The notes under the pieces: model-generated
Databases searched by the model: none
Told to the model about the DNA's origin: nothing
What the model saw: the letters and a program-made list of their open reading frames with translations, nothing else
Program-made: the position numbers and the translations under genes
Shown here: in pieces, positions 1 through 9,477 of the stretch
Numbering within the stretch: position 1 is the first letter of the stretch
Layout: every line of letters begins with the position of its first letter
Assembly (NCBI GenBank): GCA_963704885.1
Contig: CAVPIB010000001.1
Coordinates: 96,001-160,000, forward strand
Length of the DNA: 64,000 nt
Origin: an uncultured Actinomycetes bacterium
GTDB taxonomy: Bacteria > Actinomycetota > UBA4738 > HRBIN12
Reading direction: 5' to 3'

Positions 1-819
1 ATGTGCAGCGCGCGCGTGCAGCTCTGGAACCCGTGGTCGCTGATGAACAGGACCAGGTCGTCGGGCTTGGCGCGCGACAGGAACGAGCCGATCGCGTCGT
101 CGAGCTGCTTGTAGATGCTGCGCGTCTTGGCGCCGATCGCGGTGGTGGTGTTCTTCGCGAAGTCGGGATGGTCGGGGGCGACGTAGTTCGACAGGCAGTG
201 CTGCGTGCGGTCCACGCTCACCCAGACCGTGGCGAACAGGTCCCAGTCGGTGTTGTCCATCAGCCACTCGCTGGCCTTGATCCGCTTGCCGGTGACCGCG
301 AGCGCCTCGTCCAGGTACGCGTCGGGCCGGTTGCGGTACGTGGTCCAGCTCATGCCGTTGATCGGCCACTCCAGCCCGGCCTTCTGCAGCGTGTCCAGGA
401 GGTCGGCGGGGTAGCTGACGCTGCGGCCCTTCGGCAGGACGCCGCCGGCGATCAGGTGCCCGGTGATGTCGGGCGGCGGGAACGTGAGCGGGACGTCCAG
501 CAGGAGCTGCTGCTTGCCGGCCGCGGTGAGGTCGGCCAGGAACGTGCGCTCCTTGATCGACTTGTAGGTGACCGGGTACGCCTTGTGGGTGCCGGGGACG
601 GTCTCGAGGATGTCGTAGACGCCGTGGTCGGCCGGGTCGACGCCGGTCAGGAAGCTCGGCCACGCGGCCCACGAGTGCGTGGGGATCGTGGACTTCAGGA
701 CGCTCTTGCTGCCCCCGGTCGATCAGCGCCTGCAGGTTCGGCAGGTCGCCGCGCTCGAGGAGCGGGTCGAGGATGCGCCAATCGGCGCCATCCCACGCGA
801 TCAGGATCACTCTGGACAT
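1..819 (-). CDS. Alkaline phosphatase / nucleotide pyrophosphatase family protein (runs off window; frameshift near 712)
   Basis: Manual minus-strand translation MSRVILIAWDGADWRILDPLLERGDLPNLQALI, then after a one-base slip in a G-run ...LKSTIPTHSWAAW. The 3..962 + ORF is its antisense shadow. Confidence 0.8.
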   Translation of the reverse strand, partial: MSRVILIAWDGADWRILDPLLERGDLPNLQALIDRGQQERPEVHDPHALVGRVAELPDRRRPGRPRRLRHPRDRPRHPQGVPGHLQVDQGAHVPGRPHRGRQAAAPAGRPAHVPAARHHRAPDRRRRPAEGPQRQLPRRPPGHAAEGRAGVADQRHELDHVPQPARRVPGRGARGHRQADQGQRVADGQHRLGPVRHGLGERGPHAALPVELRRPRPSRLREEHHHRDRRQDAQHLQAARRRDRLVPVARQARRPGPVHQRPRVPELHARAAH

Positions 820-900
820 GCTTGACGGTCTCCGAGGTCGGGAACGCCCCGGAGTCTATCGAACGGAGTGGGGGTCGAACTCTCTCTCCAATCGACGACG

Positions 901-1020
901 ATGCCGACGTGGAACGTCATGGCAGTCGTGCTTGCCCAGATACCCGTCGGCTGGTCGATTGAGCAGAACACCGCTGCAATGCTGTCTGCGTTGCACGCGG
1001 CAATGACCTGGCGATCTCGT
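901..1020 (+). pseudogene. N-terminal stub of a carbon-nitrogen hydrolase (nitrilase-like) gene
   Basis: MAVVLAQIPVGWSIEQNTAAMLSALHAA resembles the nitrilase first strand/helix (AQ...N); similarity ends at the island boundary. Confidence 0.4.
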
Positions 1021-1040
1021 TGGACACTCGCCTCAGGCCG

Positions 1041-3477
1041 TCAAGATAGGTATGACGCTTCTGTCAGAATCCCAGCTACGCCTTCCAAATTCTGTAGCTC
1101 TGCCTCAACCGCGAAAAAACATGCCAGCCAGCAAGAGGCTCCGCTCTCTTCACTTCAACCTTCTTCTTCCCCCTCGTAATGGCGATGAGCTTCTCGAAGA
1201 AACGCGGGACCTCCCCTCTCTGGTAGACCTCTCGAATCGTCTCCATCGGAATCTTCGAGCAATTCAGGATTCTCCAAGGTGGTAACCGCGACAACGGGGA
1301 ACTGAATCCGTCTTACTTCCCTTCCCCCTTTTCACCCTGCATGCTTTCTGAGTAGGCGTCGCGAACCTGGCTAAGAGCGTCCTCGCGAAGATCGAGGAGC
1401 ACAATGAGCTTGTTCTCAGAGGACTCGCCCCCCAATGACACGGAAGCGCACCCCTTCAAGTTCAGCCAACAGACTAGGAGCAGACTCGAGGGAGGTCCGC
1501 CAGGGGCTCCCTGTTCTCTCTTCAGCCTCATCGAGGTTCGCGCTGCTCCGATACCCATTCTCGGCAATCCACGAATCGACAGCCACAGCGATGGCCACTT
1601 TCCGTTACGTGCTCGCCCAATTGGGCAATCGTTTGTAGCCCTCGGCGACTTCGAAGCGTGGAACTGCTGTGCGCGATCGAACGCTTTCGACCTGCGAGTT
1701 GAGAGTCCGCACCACCTCAATCTGTGTCTCGCTAGCACTCAAGTCCGCACCTGCCGCTAGCGCGTTATCAACCATCGTTAGGACACGGTCGCCAACGCGA
1801 CAAAGTCCTGCTCGAAACGAGTTAGCACACCATCCTTCGCGACGTCTGCATCCGGATAGGGCGGCTCTTCGAGGAGTTGGTACTCCTCGCGTTCAGGTTC
1901 CTCCGCCTTCCCCCCTCAGCAGCGGACCCTCCAGGGCAAACACCTGGGTGTAGTGTCGGCGCTCAAGTCGAGCGAGAAGACGCTCAGAGGTCGCACCGCG
2001 ATGTCAGTTCGGGGCCCGCTCATCGAGGCGCGCGGTCCAGGGCCACTCCTCAGCGTTGGGGATCCGATAGTCGTCGACCGCCTCACGAAACTACCCTCCT
2101 CCAACAGCCTGCGCGCGACAGCCCTCGGGACAGCCACAACGCCTGGTTGTAACGAGCTTCACGCGAAGAAGGCCGGGCCGACTCGTCGAAGGTTGCGCCG
2201 ACGAATTTTTGGAGTCCGGCGAGCCGTCGTTCTACCAGGTTGGCGGATTCCCTTCGCGGAATTCACTACCAATTTCGCCTGACTGACGCGCTACAAGGAC
2301 AGGCTCCGTCCCATCGTGTTCAACCAGTTCGTCAACAAGATTGAGCAGATCGAATATGTGGTCCCCAGATTCCCAACTCAGGTAGTTGCGCAACATCCTG
2401 TACGCCGGGTCAGACTGCGGAGCACTCATTCGTTCCACTCTGTCCAGGAGCTGTTCGACTTCACTGTAGTTGAGTGCGTGGATGTAGATGCGATCGGAGA
2501 ACAGGTGTGCTCGGGAGGATAGAGCGATTCGCCACGCTTGGCGTCGAAGGATGCGTCAAACTCCTCGCTCGCAACGAAGAAGAAGATCCCCGACCCCAAG
2601 GTAAAGAAGCTCTTGAGCGAGGAGACAATCAAGCTCACGGCTTCGATCTGAGATGACCCGTTCAGATCAGCTTATCGAGCTGGTCGTGACAAACACTCCT
2701 CTGAAACCTTGGTCGCTGAGCTCTTTGATAAGCGTTCGCAATTCAGCGAATCGAGCGAGTCCGGCGAGGGGGTTCGAACACCCCGATTCCGGGTTGCGGA
2801 CGACTTGGCGGTAGCGGACTCCGCAACGGATTCCTTGGTGTTGGTCTCTGTCCTGATCGTGATGCCAAAGGCGATTGCCAATGCAATCAGCACGACCCGT
2901 GAGATCACCCCCCATGGCGTGCCAAGCTGGTCTCCAACGCGGAGCGCAACTGCCGTGGCGCCAGAAGCGGCCAGTAGGGCGAGGGCCGGACCAAACACCA
3001 ACGCAATGACCCTGGAAAACGTGAACGTTGTAACCCTGCTGGCTGAACTCTCCCGTGCTGCCTCTGCCTTTACCAAGCTTTCCGCCACGCGATGCTCTGA
3101 GAGGTCCGAAAGATACGTCTTCTCGTAGGTCTGCTCTATCGCCGCCTTCGTCCGTGCCTTGATCTTCTTGGAATCCTTAACCGCGAAGTGCAGGCCACGA
3201 GCCAACGCTCCACAAAACCCGCGCTCGGGTGGCCTGCCGGTCCTCACTCCGTGTGTAGACCTGCGGCAAGGTCAGCTCGACGATAATTGGCTTTACTGAA
3301 CCGGACGCATCGGCGCGGCGCAGCGCCTCTCTGATGAGAGCACTCTTCCCCACGCCTCGATGGCCAGACACGAGCACCGTCGCCGCATGTCGTCGGCTAA
3401 GTACATGGGTCAATCTCCCCAGCTCTCTTTCGCGACCCACGAATCCTATGGAACTGCTAAGAGGTTCCCGTACTCAT
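1041..3477 (-). pseudogene. Frameshifted large P-loop ATPase (AAA_16/KAP-like) with a transmembrane insert, ~800 aa when stitched
   Basis: FVGRERELGRL, Walker A GHRGVGKS, two hydrophobic helices, Walker B-like GVFV-x-DQLDKL across a slip near 2685, SLKSFFTLGSGIFFFVA. Successive minus-strand ORF fragments join down to a stop at 1041. Confidence 0.7.
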
Positions 3478-3646
3478 GCTTGAGCGGAACCCTTACACCA
3501 ACTTCAGGCCCATTGACCACGCCTCGCCCCCTCGAATGGGTGCAACACATGAAGAGTAGACCGATTCACTGACACCGAACGGGACGGAGCCTCCAAGGCT
3601 GTATGCATCCTTGTACTCCGGGAGCCCGCGGCTACCATGGCAATCG

Positions 3647-5323
3647 ATGAGCAAGCTTCAAGAGATCCTGCCGTCGCTGGATCTCGAGATCGCACTCGTT
3701 GAGGCTTCGAGGCGCTTGGACATGCTCCCTCCCCGTCCAGACCAGGGAGCGGGGGGAGAAGTTGGCCAACGCTTCTTGGCGGCGCTTCGCTATGAAATTG
3801 ATCGCGGGCTACACCTCACAGAACCGGCAGTAATCATCTCGGTTCCCAAGCGAGGGCTCGACACGAGACCAGCCGCTCTAATGACGCTTGCAGACCGGAC
3901 CATGTACCACGCTCTAGTTGGCAGATCGCGCCAAGGATCGAACGGACGATTCTCCCGGTGAGCGTTGTCTTCGCGGGTCGGGAACAACTCCCCGGGGTGA
4001 CTGGAGGGACTTTGAGCGGGCTCCACTTGCAGCCGCGCCGGAGTATGTCGTGATGGCCGATGTTTTTGGCTACTACCAATCCATTTCGCATGCCGTATTG
4101 ATGAATCGGATCGTTGCTGCGACGGGAGATCAACCGGTGCGGAGGCACTTGGAGAGCACTTGGCAGCAACGATGGGAGCCCAATCCGGCATTCCCCAAGG
4201 AAGTCGCGCGTCGGATACGCTCGCTACTCTGTTGCTCGACCCTATCGATCGCGCCATGCTTCGCGCTGGATACGACTACTTCAGATTTGGTGACGATATT
4301 CGTATTGCAGTTCCTTCCTTCGATGAAGGGCGTCGGGCGGTCGCACGTCTCGAGGGGGAGCTCCGGCAGGCGGGACTCGCTCTCAATGGCCCCAAAACCA
4401 AAGTCCTGAAGCGGTCAACATATGAGACCCAGCTGACAGAGCTCGACGACGCACGAGACTCACTCAAGGACCGACTGGTCGCCGCGCGCCAGGAAGCTCT
4501 ACAGGACCAGATCGAATCAGCCGAGTCGATTGAAGAGCTTGAAGGAGTTCTGACGGGATGATCCTTTGGGAATCTATATTCCGGCGAGGTCGAGGTCGAA
4601 GAGCTTGTCAGGCGAATGTCGCCCCTCCTGGAGCCCGATGTCGACTGAGGTGGCAGAGGAGTTGTTCGCTGACACAATGAAGCGAGCTCCGTGGTCCACC
4701 AACAAGCTCCGAAGAGAGAGCTTTCACGGTCGCTTGTTGCGCTCGCTCACCTATCTCACGACGGTGAGATCACCAGCAGCCTTGAATGATGCTCCATTGA
4801 TTCTCTATCGTCTTCCGGACGAGACAAAGGAGATGGCACACTACCTCTCAGCGGTGGCACCCGAGAATCGCGACCGGGTCCAAGCCATCATTGAGCGGGC
4901 TCTCACGAGAGGCACGTTCCGTCACGACTGGCAGGAGGTATGGCTCTACGAAACCCTGGCAAATGCTCTGCCGCTGAGCCAACCTTTGATCGAGTACCTC
5001 AACAGCGTCGCTGATAGCGAAGATCGCACCTGGTCTTTTGTGCGCGCTCGTGCACTACTCCTGCTTGCCCGTGCAGGTATCGGAGATAGACGTCAGCTTG
5101 AACGAGCGTGGCAATTGGCCCCCGCCCCTTTCAAGACAGACGTAATCGCAGCGGTGACTTGGCTGAAGACCAAGTTCCCGTGGGCAGACCAATTCCTTCA
5201 AGCATCGCGGACTGACCCTGTGCTCGAAGTTGTTGCTCGACCAGGGTGACGGCAATCCAGGATCGATCCGCCGAGCTCAATGGAAGCGAAGGTCAGAATC
5301 CCCCGGAAGGAGGAGACGTGTGA
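3647..5323 (+). pseudogene. Frameshifted reverse transcriptase, UG/Abi (defence-associated)-like, with alpha-helical C-terminal domain
   Basis: Motifs in order across ORFs 3611, 3918, 4160 and 4566: VPKRGLDTRP..DRTMYHAL, ADVFGYYQSISH, GIPQGSRASDTLA, YFRFGDDIRI, GLALNGPKT, then a helical tail. Ends at 5249, or at 5323 if one more slip is allowed. Confidence 0.85.
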
Positions 5324-5764
5324 GAGTCATGTCAGCGGCACGCGCTACGCTTGCCGATGTGCAAGGTGAGCGGCAACTGCCAGAGGTGGCATTCGTGCCT
5401 CCAAATACGGCACCAGCATCTTCGATTCGGTCGGGCCTCAGCTGGGTTCTCAAGTGGACACAAGCCCATGGTGGGTCGCCAGTCGTCATGAGCCCTACGC
5501 GAAGCAACGCCGGATATGACCCTGCCACTAGAAGGGCCATGAGCGAGTTGAGGTGGGAGACACCGCAGACAATCGAACGTGGGCAGTATTGGCAGGGAGG
5601 CGCCGTACTTGCCATCTGGCTCCCCTTGTCCGATATCAAAAAGCTCGAAGTCGACGCTCGCGTTGCGGCCCTCTGCGTAATTCCTTGGACGTTGAGAAAT
5701 CCATCCATGGATTGAGGAACGGACTCCAACTGCCCTCAAGTACGATTCAGCCCGGGACGACTAG
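5320..5764 (+). CDS. Hypothetical ~147-aa alpha/beta protein downstream of the RT (one frameshift near 5698)
   Basis: AAGGAGG at 5307-5313 before GTG 5320; ORF 5230..5715 continues in a shifted frame as EIHPWIEERTPTALKYDSARDD* to 5764. Confidence 0.6.
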
Positions 5765-5829
5765 ATCTGCAACTCAAGGAATCACGCCCCGCCACGTGTT
5801 TGAGTTCGTGTCGCCTGACTGAGAATCGA

Positions 5830-5860
5830 TTGAACCTAACGTAGCGTCAGGCCGTACCGT
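5830..5860 (+). promoter_or_regulatory. MerR-type promoter (19-bp spacer with dyad)
   Basis: TTGAAC-N19-TACCGT with an imperfect dyad CCTAACG-tag-CGTCAGG, directly before the merR start. Confidence 0.75.
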
Positions 5861-5866
5861 GGCTGC

Positions 5867-6622
5867 ATGCACCAGATCGCGACCGAAGACGACCTGCGGA
5901 TCGGCGAGCTCGCGGAGCGCGCCGGGCTCACCGTTCGTACGCTGCACCACTACGACCAGATCGGGCTCGTGCGGGCCTCGGAGCGGACGGAGGCCGGCCA
6001 CCGGCGCTACTCCGAGGCCGACGTCCGCCGGCTGTACCAGGTCGTGGCGCTCCGCTCCCTCGGCGTGCCGCTCGCGCGGATCGCCCGCGCGCTCGAGGGC
6101 GACGGGTTCACGCTGAAGGACGCGGTCACCGCCCAGCTGGAGGCGGTCGACGCCGAGCTCCTGCACGCGCGGCGCCTGCGACGGCGCCTGGAGCGGATCC
6201 TCGAGGTGCTGGAACGCTCCGACGACCCATCGGTCTCAGAGCTCACGCCGATCATGGAGGTGATGAGGATGCACGAGACGTACTACACGCCCGAACAGCT
6301 CGCGCAGCTCGAAGCACGGCGCGAGGAGGTCGGCGAGGACCAGATCGCGGCCATCGAACGCGAGTGGGCCGAGCTCTCGGCGCAGATGAAGGCCCACCGC
6401 GACGCCGGCACGGATCCGTCCGATCCCGAGGTGCGCGCGCTCGCGGAGCGCTGGGGAGACCTCACCGAACGCACGATCTCAGGCTTCACCGGCGGCGATC
6501 CCGGCATCACCGAGAGCCTCGGCCGCATGTACAAGGAGGAAGGTCCGGAGAAGGCCTCCCGCGGCACCTTCGACGCCGACCTGCTGGAGTACGTGACCCG
6601 CGCTCAGATGGCGGGAGAGTGA
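5867..6622 (+). CDS. MerR-family regulator with TipAS-like C-terminal domain
   Basis: IGELAERAGLTVRTLHHYDQIGL HTH; C-terminal GTDPSDPEVRALAERW...FTGGDPGI. Confidence 0.9.
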   Translation: MHQIATEDDLRIGELAERAGLTVRTLHHYDQIGLVRASERTEAGHRRYSEADVRRLYQVVALRSLGVPLARIARALEGDGFTLKDAVTAQLEAVDAELLHARRLRRRLERILEVLERSDDPSVSELTPIMEVMRMHETYYTPEQLAQLEARREEVGEDQIAAIEREWAELSAQMKAHRDAGTDPSDPEVRALAERWGDLTERTISGFTGGDPGITESLGRMYKEEGPEKASRGTFDADLLEYVTRAQMAGE

Positions 6623-6672
6623 CGCGGCTCACAGACGCGAAGCCCTCGACCACTTAGCATCGTGCAGGCTTC

Positions 6673-6699
6673 TTACATCACCTAGAGGGAGTGATGTAA
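6673..6699. promoter_or_regulatory. Palindromic operator of the TA operon
   Basis: TTACATCAC-N9-GTGATGTAA just upstream of the RHH antitoxin. Confidence 0.6.
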
Positions 6700-6709
6700 C
6701 CTGTCGGAT

Positions 6710-6928
6710 GTGAAGCGACTCCAGATCATGATCGACCAGGATCTCGACCAGATCCTCGAACGGATGGCCCTGGAAGAGGGCACGTCGAAGGCCGCGCTGA
6801 TCCGCCGGTTCGTCCGCGAGCGGGTCGCCCCGATGCCCCCCATCGAAGAGGACCCGCTCTGGGAGATGGTCGGCGCCGACAGTTACGACCCCGGCCCTGA
6901 GTCGATCGACGACGTGGTCTATCGGTGA
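6710..6928 (+). CDS. vapB: Ribbon-helix-helix (CopG-like) antitoxin
   Basis: MKRLQIMIDQDLDQILERMALEEGTSKAALIR; GTGA overlap with the PIN gene. Confidence 0.8.
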   Translation: MKRLQIMIDQDLDQILERMALEEGTSKAALIRRFVRERVAPMPPIEEDPLWEMVGADSYDPGPESIDDVVYR

Positions 6929-7323
6929 TCTTCGTCGACACGTCGTTCTGGGTGGCGGTTCGGAACGACCGGGACGGCCAACACGCAACGGCGGATAGCC
7001 TCCTCGCGGTCATCGGGGATCAACCGCTCATCACCTCGAACCATGTCAGAGGAGAAACATGGACGTTCCTCAGGCGCAAGGTGGGTCATGCGGGCGCGAT
7101 GGGATTCCTGGATCTCCTTCGACGTTCGCCTCGTCTCCAGGTCGTGCCGATCGACGACGAGCTCGAGGAGCGAGCGTGGTCTTGGTTGGGCAAGCATGAT
7201 GAGCGCTCGTACTCGTTCGTCGACGCGACGAGCTTCGCGTTGATGCGCTCGATGAAGATCAAGGACGCGCTCGCGTTCGACGGCGACTTCTCGTCAGCCG
7301 GCTTCCGTGAGCTCCGTCCCTGA
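6925..7323 (+). CDS. vapC: PIN-domain toxin
   Basis: IFVDTSFW, YSFVDATSFALM, ALAFDGDF. Confidence 0.9.
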   Translation: MIFVDTSFWVAVRNDRDGQHATADSLLAVIGDQPLITSNHVRGETWTFLRRKVGHAGAMGFLDLLRRSPRLQVVPIDDELEERAWSWLGKHDERSYSFVDATSFALMRSMKIKDALAFDGDFSSAGFRELRP

Positions 7324-7437
7324 CCTGGCGATGTCGGCTATCGTCGCTCCCGCGAGGCCCTGATCGACGAACACGTCCGTAGCACCAGCCAGGATCGAGT
7401 CACGCCGACACCGCGTGCTCCACTTCGATTGCCTCAT
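7324..7437 (-). pseudogene. N-terminal stub of a TetR-family regulator
   Basis: Manual translation MRQSKWSTRCRRDSILAGATDVFVDQGLAGATIADIAR, truncated at the vapC 3' end. Confidence 0.6.
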
Positions 7438-7455
7438 CGGCTAAGCTTTAGCCAT

Positions 7456-7800
7456 ATGGACAACGATGTAGAGACGCTTGATCGCGTCTACGGCGCGCTC
7501 TCGGATCCGACGAGGCGATCGATCCTCGTTCACCTCGCCGGCGGGGAGGCCACGGTCGGCGAGGTGGCCGCTCCCTTGCGGATGGCGCTCCCGTCGGTCT
7601 CCAAGCACGTGAAGATCCTCGAGCGCGCCGGACTGGTCTCGCGTCGCGTCGACGGTCGCCGTCACTGGCTGCGCCTGGAACCTGGGACGCTTCACCGGGC
7701 CGACGAGTGGATGGCGTTCTACCGCCCGTTCTGGGAGGCGAGCGTCGATCGCCTTGCCGATGTGGCCTCGGAGCTCGAGCGGGGTCCCGGCGGCCGATGA
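7456..7800 (+). CDS. ArsR/SmtB-family regulator
   Basis: ALSDPTRRSIL, SVSKHVKILERAGLV. Confidence 0.9.
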   Translation: MDNDVETLDRVYGALSDPTRRSILVHLAGGEATVGEVAAPLRMALPSVSKHVKILERAGLVSRRVDGRRHWLRLEPGTLHRADEWMAFYRPFWEASVDRLADVASELERGPGGR

Positions 7801-8255
7801 CGGCGAACCCGGCCAGCGTGATCCGGATCGACCGGGTGATCCCGGCGGCGATCGAGACCGTCTACCGCGCGATCACGACGCCGGACCTGTTCGAGCGCTG
7901 GATGGGGCCCGAGGGAAGTTCCGTGCACATCACCGAGATGGACGTAACCGTGGGGGGACGGATCGCGTTCCATGTGGACTCGCCCGACGGTCACACCGTC
8001 TCGCTCCACGGCACGTTCCGCGATCTGGAACCACCCGGCCGCATCGTCCACACGTGGGCCGACGCCACGGACGTGGCCGCCGACGTCTCGACGGTGACGT
8101 ACGAGCTCTCTACGGAAGCCGGCGGCACCCGTTTGGTGCTCACCCATGTGGGGGTCCCGGTCGAGGACCGGCAGATGGTCGATGCCGGTTGGGGCCACGT
8201 CCTGGACCGCTTGTCGGGGCTGGCAGGTTCCTTCGAGTCCGATGACGCCCCTTGA
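7797..8255 (+). CDS. SRPBCC/AHSA1-domain protein
   Basis: IRIDRVIPAAIETVYRAIT...PPGRIVHTW...GTRLVLTH...GW; ATGA overlap with ArsR. Confidence 0.85.
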   Translation: MTANPASVIRIDRVIPAAIETVYRAITTPDLFERWMGPEGSSVHITEMDVTVGGRIAFHVDSPDGHTVSLHGTFRDLEPPGRIVHTWADATDVAADVSTVTYELSTEAGGTRLVLTHVGVPVEDRQMVDAGWGHVLDRLSGLAGSFESDDAP

Positions 8256-8300
8256 CGTTAGTTTCCGGTACGGCTAAACTTTAGCCAGATGGGAAACTAA
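8252..8300 (+). promoter_or_regulatory. Promoter with long palindromic operator upstream of SDR
   Basis: TTGACG, then TTAGTTTCC-N5-GGCTAAA-C-TTTAGCC-N5-GGAAACTAA; the core recurs at 7439-7453. Confidence 0.65.
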
Positions 8301-8318
8301 CTGAAGGGAGGACCCATC

Positions 8319-9074
8319 ATGGGAACGCTCGACGGGAAGGTGGCGCTGGTGACAGGCGCCGGGCAAGGAGTTGGCCGGGGGATCGCCCTGGCGCTCGCCG
8401 CCGAAGGGGCGATGGTGTCATTGATCGGACGGAACCGGGGACCACTGGAAGCGGTGGCCTCCGAGATCGGCGAGCGGGGCGGGAAGGCCATCTGCGTGGT
8501 CTCCGACGTTACCGACGTCGCTCAGGTGGAGGCCGCTGTGGCCGAAACGGTCGCCGATCTGGGAACGCTCGACGTGGTCGTGAACAACGCCCAGACGTAC
8601 GCGTTCGGCGGGGTCGCAGACATGGATCTGTCGGCCGTCGAGGAGGGGTGGCAGAGCGGCCCGATGGGCACCCTCCGCATGATGCGCGCGGCGCTCCCCC
8701 ACCTGCGGGACGGCGGGGCGGTGGTGAACGTCTCATCGGGGGTGACGTCCGATGGCGACGCGGCGGGCACGGGAGCCTACGCAGCCGCGAAGGCTGCGAT
8801 CGAAGCGCTGTCACGGGCCGCGGCGATGGAGTGGGCGGCCGAAGGGGTGCGCGTCAACGTGTTGGTCCCCTTCGTCAGGAGCCCGTCGGTGGAGGCCGTC
8901 CTTTCGTCCGCACCGGGGATCGAGGAGCATGTGTTGTCCCAGGTCCCTCTTGGAAGGTGGGGCGACGCGGAGGGAGACGCCGGCCGAGCGGTGGCGTTCC
9001 TCTGCGGTCCGGACGCGTCCTTCATCACCGGCACGACCCTCGTCGTCGACGGAGGTAGCACCTATCTCCGTTGA
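8319..9074 (+). CDS. SDR-family oxidoreductase
   Basis: TGAGQGVG, NNA, YAAAK. Confidence 0.92.
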   Translation: MGTLDGKVALVTGAGQGVGRGIALALAAEGAMVSLIGRNRGPLEAVASEIGERGGKAICVVSDVTDVAQVEAAVAETVADLGTLDVVVNNAQTYAFGGVADMDLSAVEEGWQSGPMGTLRMMRAALPHLRDGGAVVNVSSGVTSDGDAAGTGAYAAAKAAIEALSRAAAMEWAAEGVRVNVLVPFVRSPSVEAVLSSAPGIEEHVLSQVPLGRWGDAEGDAGRAVAFLCGPDASFITGTTLVVDGGSTYLR

Positions 9075-9080
9075 GTCGCA

Positions 9081-9121
9081 GAAGCCCCCGGGTGCCCTCC
9101 TCGAAGGGACCCGGGGGCTTC
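9081..9121. terminator. GC-rich hairpin after SDR
   Basis: GAAGCCCCCGGGT...ACCCGGGGGCTTC; no clear U-tract. Confidence 0.55.
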
Positions 9122-9128
9122 CTCGCCT

Positions 9129-9398
9129 AGCTCCTTCACGCGCGGCGCCTACGACGGCGCCTGGAGCGGATCCTCGAGGTGCTGGAACGCTCCGACGACC
9201 CATCGGTCTCAGAGCTCACGCAGATCATGGAGCTGACTCAGATGCACGAGACGTACTACTCGCCCGAACAGCTCGCGGAGCTCGAAGCACGGCACCGGCA
9301 TCACCCAGAGCCTCGGCTGCATACAGGGAGGAAGGTCCGGAGGAAGCCTCACGCGGAACCTCCGACGCCGACCTGCTGGAGTACGTGACCCGCGCGCA
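9129..9398 (+). pseudogene. Internally deleted copy of the 3' half of the merR gene
   Basis: Close match to ~6156-6320 joined to ~6501-6608, with substitutions and indels. Confidence 0.85.
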
Positions 9399-9477
9399 CA
9401 CCGCCGATGACTGAAGGGCCTGGGTGGTGGTGACCAGGATCTCCGACACCCAGGCCCGGAGTTGATAGCGTGAACCG

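Noticed and set aside
3-962. 319-aa plus-strand ORF
   Set aside because: Antisense shadow of the minus-strand phosphodiesterase gene; no motifs of its own.
3647-5323. RT as group II intron, retron, DGR or CRISPR-RT
   Set aside because: No YADD/maturase region, retron VTG motif, TR/VR repeat pair, cas gene or array was recognised.
1004-7336. 15/16 match TGACCTGGCGAT(C/G)TCG at 1004 and 7321 as an att site or target duplication
   Set aside because: Both copies are explicable as coding remnants (nitrilase-like and TetR stubs), and they do not bracket the low-GC island; probably chance.
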